DNA of 64,000 nt from assembly GCA_963749655.1 (NCBI GenBank), contig CAVVOB010000015.1, positions 1-64,000 of the forward strand. The letters run 5' to 3'. How positions within the stretch are numbered: the first letter of the stretch is position 1; each line of letters starts with the position of its first letter. The notes under the pieces were generated by a model. That model had not been told where the DNA came from, did not search any database, and was given only the letters and a program-made list of their open reading frames with translations. Made by a program: the position numbers and the translations under genes. Shown here piece after piece: positions 61,983 through 64,000 of this stretch. The DNA comes from Nitrospirota bacterium (GTDB lineage: Bacteria > Nitrospirota > UBA9217).

Positions 61983-63409
61983 TCAAACATCCAGTCCCGC
62001 AAGCCGCAATCCCCTTCGCAAATAGCGTGTATATTTCCAGAGGGGCGGCCGCACTCCCAGCGCCCCGCCTATCCGATTGAGCCTCGGGAGAAAGGACAGT
62101 CCGAACGCGTCGTTGGTTATAAAATTCATATTAGTGTTCAGAAATTTTTCGAGCTCCCGCTCCATCCAGCTGAGATCCACGTCCGGGGACACATAAAAGA
62201 CCGGGGAAAGCATCTCCCTGCGATCAGAGGAAAGCACTCCCTGCTCCCGCGCGATGGTTTCCAACTCCGTCCCGGGATAGATCCGGACCCCGATGTTGAA
62301 AAATGCCACGTCCCGGGGCCGAACGGCGGCCTGCGCGAACAGCAGCGTTTCCCTGACTGTTTCCGCTGTTTCTCCCGGCCCGCCGAGCAGAAAGATCCAG
62401 GCGCAGGGCAGATCATGGCGTCGGACGACCTCGACAGCCCGGTGCACCTCGCGGCTCGAAAAGCCTTTCCTGAGACGCCGAAGGACCGGGTCTGAAGCGC
62501 TCTCCACGGTAATGCCCATGCTGACGAAACCCGCCTTCTCCATTGCAACAACGAGGTTGTCATCGAAGGACCGGGGATTCAGCTCCACGCTTTGAAGCCG
62601 CGCCTTGCTGCCTGCACGGGCCAGGGCCTCGCATACGGCCATGGCATGATCAAGGGGTTCATTGAATACGCTGTCCACGAATTCGATGTCGCGCATTCCT
62701 TCAGTTGCGAGCCGCGAAACGATTTCTACGACGAGATCGGGTTCCGCGAACCGATAGACGTCGCCATCGATCTTGCGATAAGTGCAGTAGACGCAGCGAA
62801 AAGGGCATCCGATCTTGGTCTGGACCGGAGCCGTGGCCATTTGCGACCGGTAGGCGGCAATATCGAGCCACCTTTTGTAATCGGGCGCCACCCAGCCGTC
62901 GCCAAACCGGGACGCGGCGCGGGCCGCATGCGAAATGCGCCGTCTTCCAGAACCGCGGTGCCGGCAAGATCGTTCATGGTCCTTTGCCGGCCAAGGCGTT
63001 CGAGCAGCTCCGGAAATATCGATTCCCCGTCCCCGATGACGCCGTGCGACACTCCGGCAAACTTCAGGATATCTTCCGGCATGACGCCGAGCGCTGCGCC
63101 GCCCAGGATGATCGGCGCAGCCGTGCAGTTCCGGACAGCCGTTACCACTTCCCTCAGTTCGTCCAGAAAAAACACCGGCTGATGCATGTCGTTGTTGTCG
63201 ATATTCCTGATAGAGAGTCCGACCACATCGGGCTGCGCGGCGGCAACGGCGGATTCTATCGCTGCCCGGAGATCGCCGCTGAACATCAGGTCCAATAGTC
63301 TTACCCGGTGACCTGCACGCAATGCGGCATCGGCTACCATGCAGGCGCCGACGGGCATGACAGGCGTCGGTGCGGTATTGCGGTTTGTGCTTATGAGAAG
63401 AACGTTCAA
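61983..63409 (-). CDS. B12-binding radical SAM protein, frameshift near 62915
   Basis: PDVVGLSIRNIDN..IILGG..GDGE; QTKIGCPFRCVYC; FVDSVFN; LLGGPGET. Confidence 0.88.
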
Positions 63410-63459
63410 GTGCTGGTGCTGATTCCTTTCCTGTTCTAGACCGGTTCGCTCCTCTTTTC

Positions 63460-63488
63460 AGCATAGCTGCCGAAAAAGGAGATGTCAA
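63460..63488 (-). promoter_or_regulatory. sigma70 promoter of the radical SAM/PKS genes
   Basis: TTGACA-17-TATGCT. Confidence 0.6.
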
Positions 63489-63673
63489 GGCAGCGGCGCT
63501 CCCGAAAATCACCACCGAAAGCACCGAGGACGCCTGGAAGACCGGAGAAAAGTGCGGATTAATTTTCGATTTCTCTTTCCCGAGCTCTCGGTGGCAAAGA
63601 ATCTTGTCAGAGTTGGTATTCGTATCCCATCAGGACGCTCTCAGGAAGCGTCTGAATCAAGACATTTCGGAGA

Positions 63674-63702
63674 GTGACATTCACGAAGAAGCTTGCTATA
63701 AT
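63674..63702 (+). promoter_or_regulatory. sigma70 promoter
   Basis: GTGACA-17-TATAAT with extended TG. Confidence 0.55.
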
Positions 63703-63772
63703 CAGTCCCTGTGCGCACCGGCAGCCGATGCTGTCGCATACGGACTTTTTCAACCTACAGAGGAGGTTTTTC

Positions 63773-64000
63773 ATGACGCAAATTCTAAGGTTAGGTTTGG
63801 CTGTTGCTGTACTGCTGTCCCTGTTCGGTTGTGTCACCACCAAGGAGTACAATGCACGGCTTGGCGATATCGGCGGATTGAAAAAAGACGTTGCCTCGCT
63901 TGAGGAAAAGCTGAAACAGACGGAAGCCGAAAAAGCGGCTGTCAGCGCCGATCTGGCCAAGCTGCAGAAAGAATACGATGATCTGAAGGAAGCAGAACAA
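63773..64000 (+). CDS. coiled-coil lipoprotein (possibly OmpA/MotB-type), truncated at right edge
   Basis: AGGAGG RBS; MTQILRLGLAVAVLLSLFGCVTTKEY..., lipobox LFGC, coiled coil; not in ORF track. Confidence 0.65.
   Translation, partial: MTQILRLGLAVAVLLSLFGCVTTKEYNARLGDIGGLKKDVASLEEKLKQTEAEKAAVSADLAKLQKEYDDLKEAEQ

Overview
GC-rich bacterial window; gene content suggests Nitrospirota/Desulfobacterota (inference only). Many genes are split by short indels, most likely long-read consensus errors. Positions 1-41.5 kb are one minus-strand exopolysaccharide operon of the XrtA/PEP-CTERM-associated type. It begins at a sigma54-type promoter with two TGT-N11-ACA upstream sites and continues: atypical receiver, ExeA-like ATPase, UpxY antiterminator, Wza, chain-length determinant, tyrosine kinase, outer-membrane barrel, priming sugar transferase, nucleotide-sugar genes, Wzx, GT2, GT8. 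Embedded in it are about 23 kb encoding three giant secreted enzymes with GH30-like, PHP/CehA-like and deacetylase-like domains. Two sit on stalks of 16-17 Ig-like repeats and end in dockerin-like domains, and a cohesin-like lipoprotein gene lies divergent to the operon head: a candidate dockerin-cohesin-anchored EPS-remodelling system. The priming transferase carries a degenerate GGDEF-like domain that keeps an RxxD site, and an intact diguanylate cyclase lies about 10 kb away. The right part holds glmS, Zn-ribbon proteins, a DnaA-box cluster, tRNA-Arg, an RpoS-like sigma factor, tRNA-Pro, a rhomboid, two 'small secreted protein + terminator + papain-fold enzyme' modules (PA2779/C39 and DUF3015/DUF4105), and a type III PKS with a B12 radical SAM. 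Family calls come from motif recognition, not database searches.
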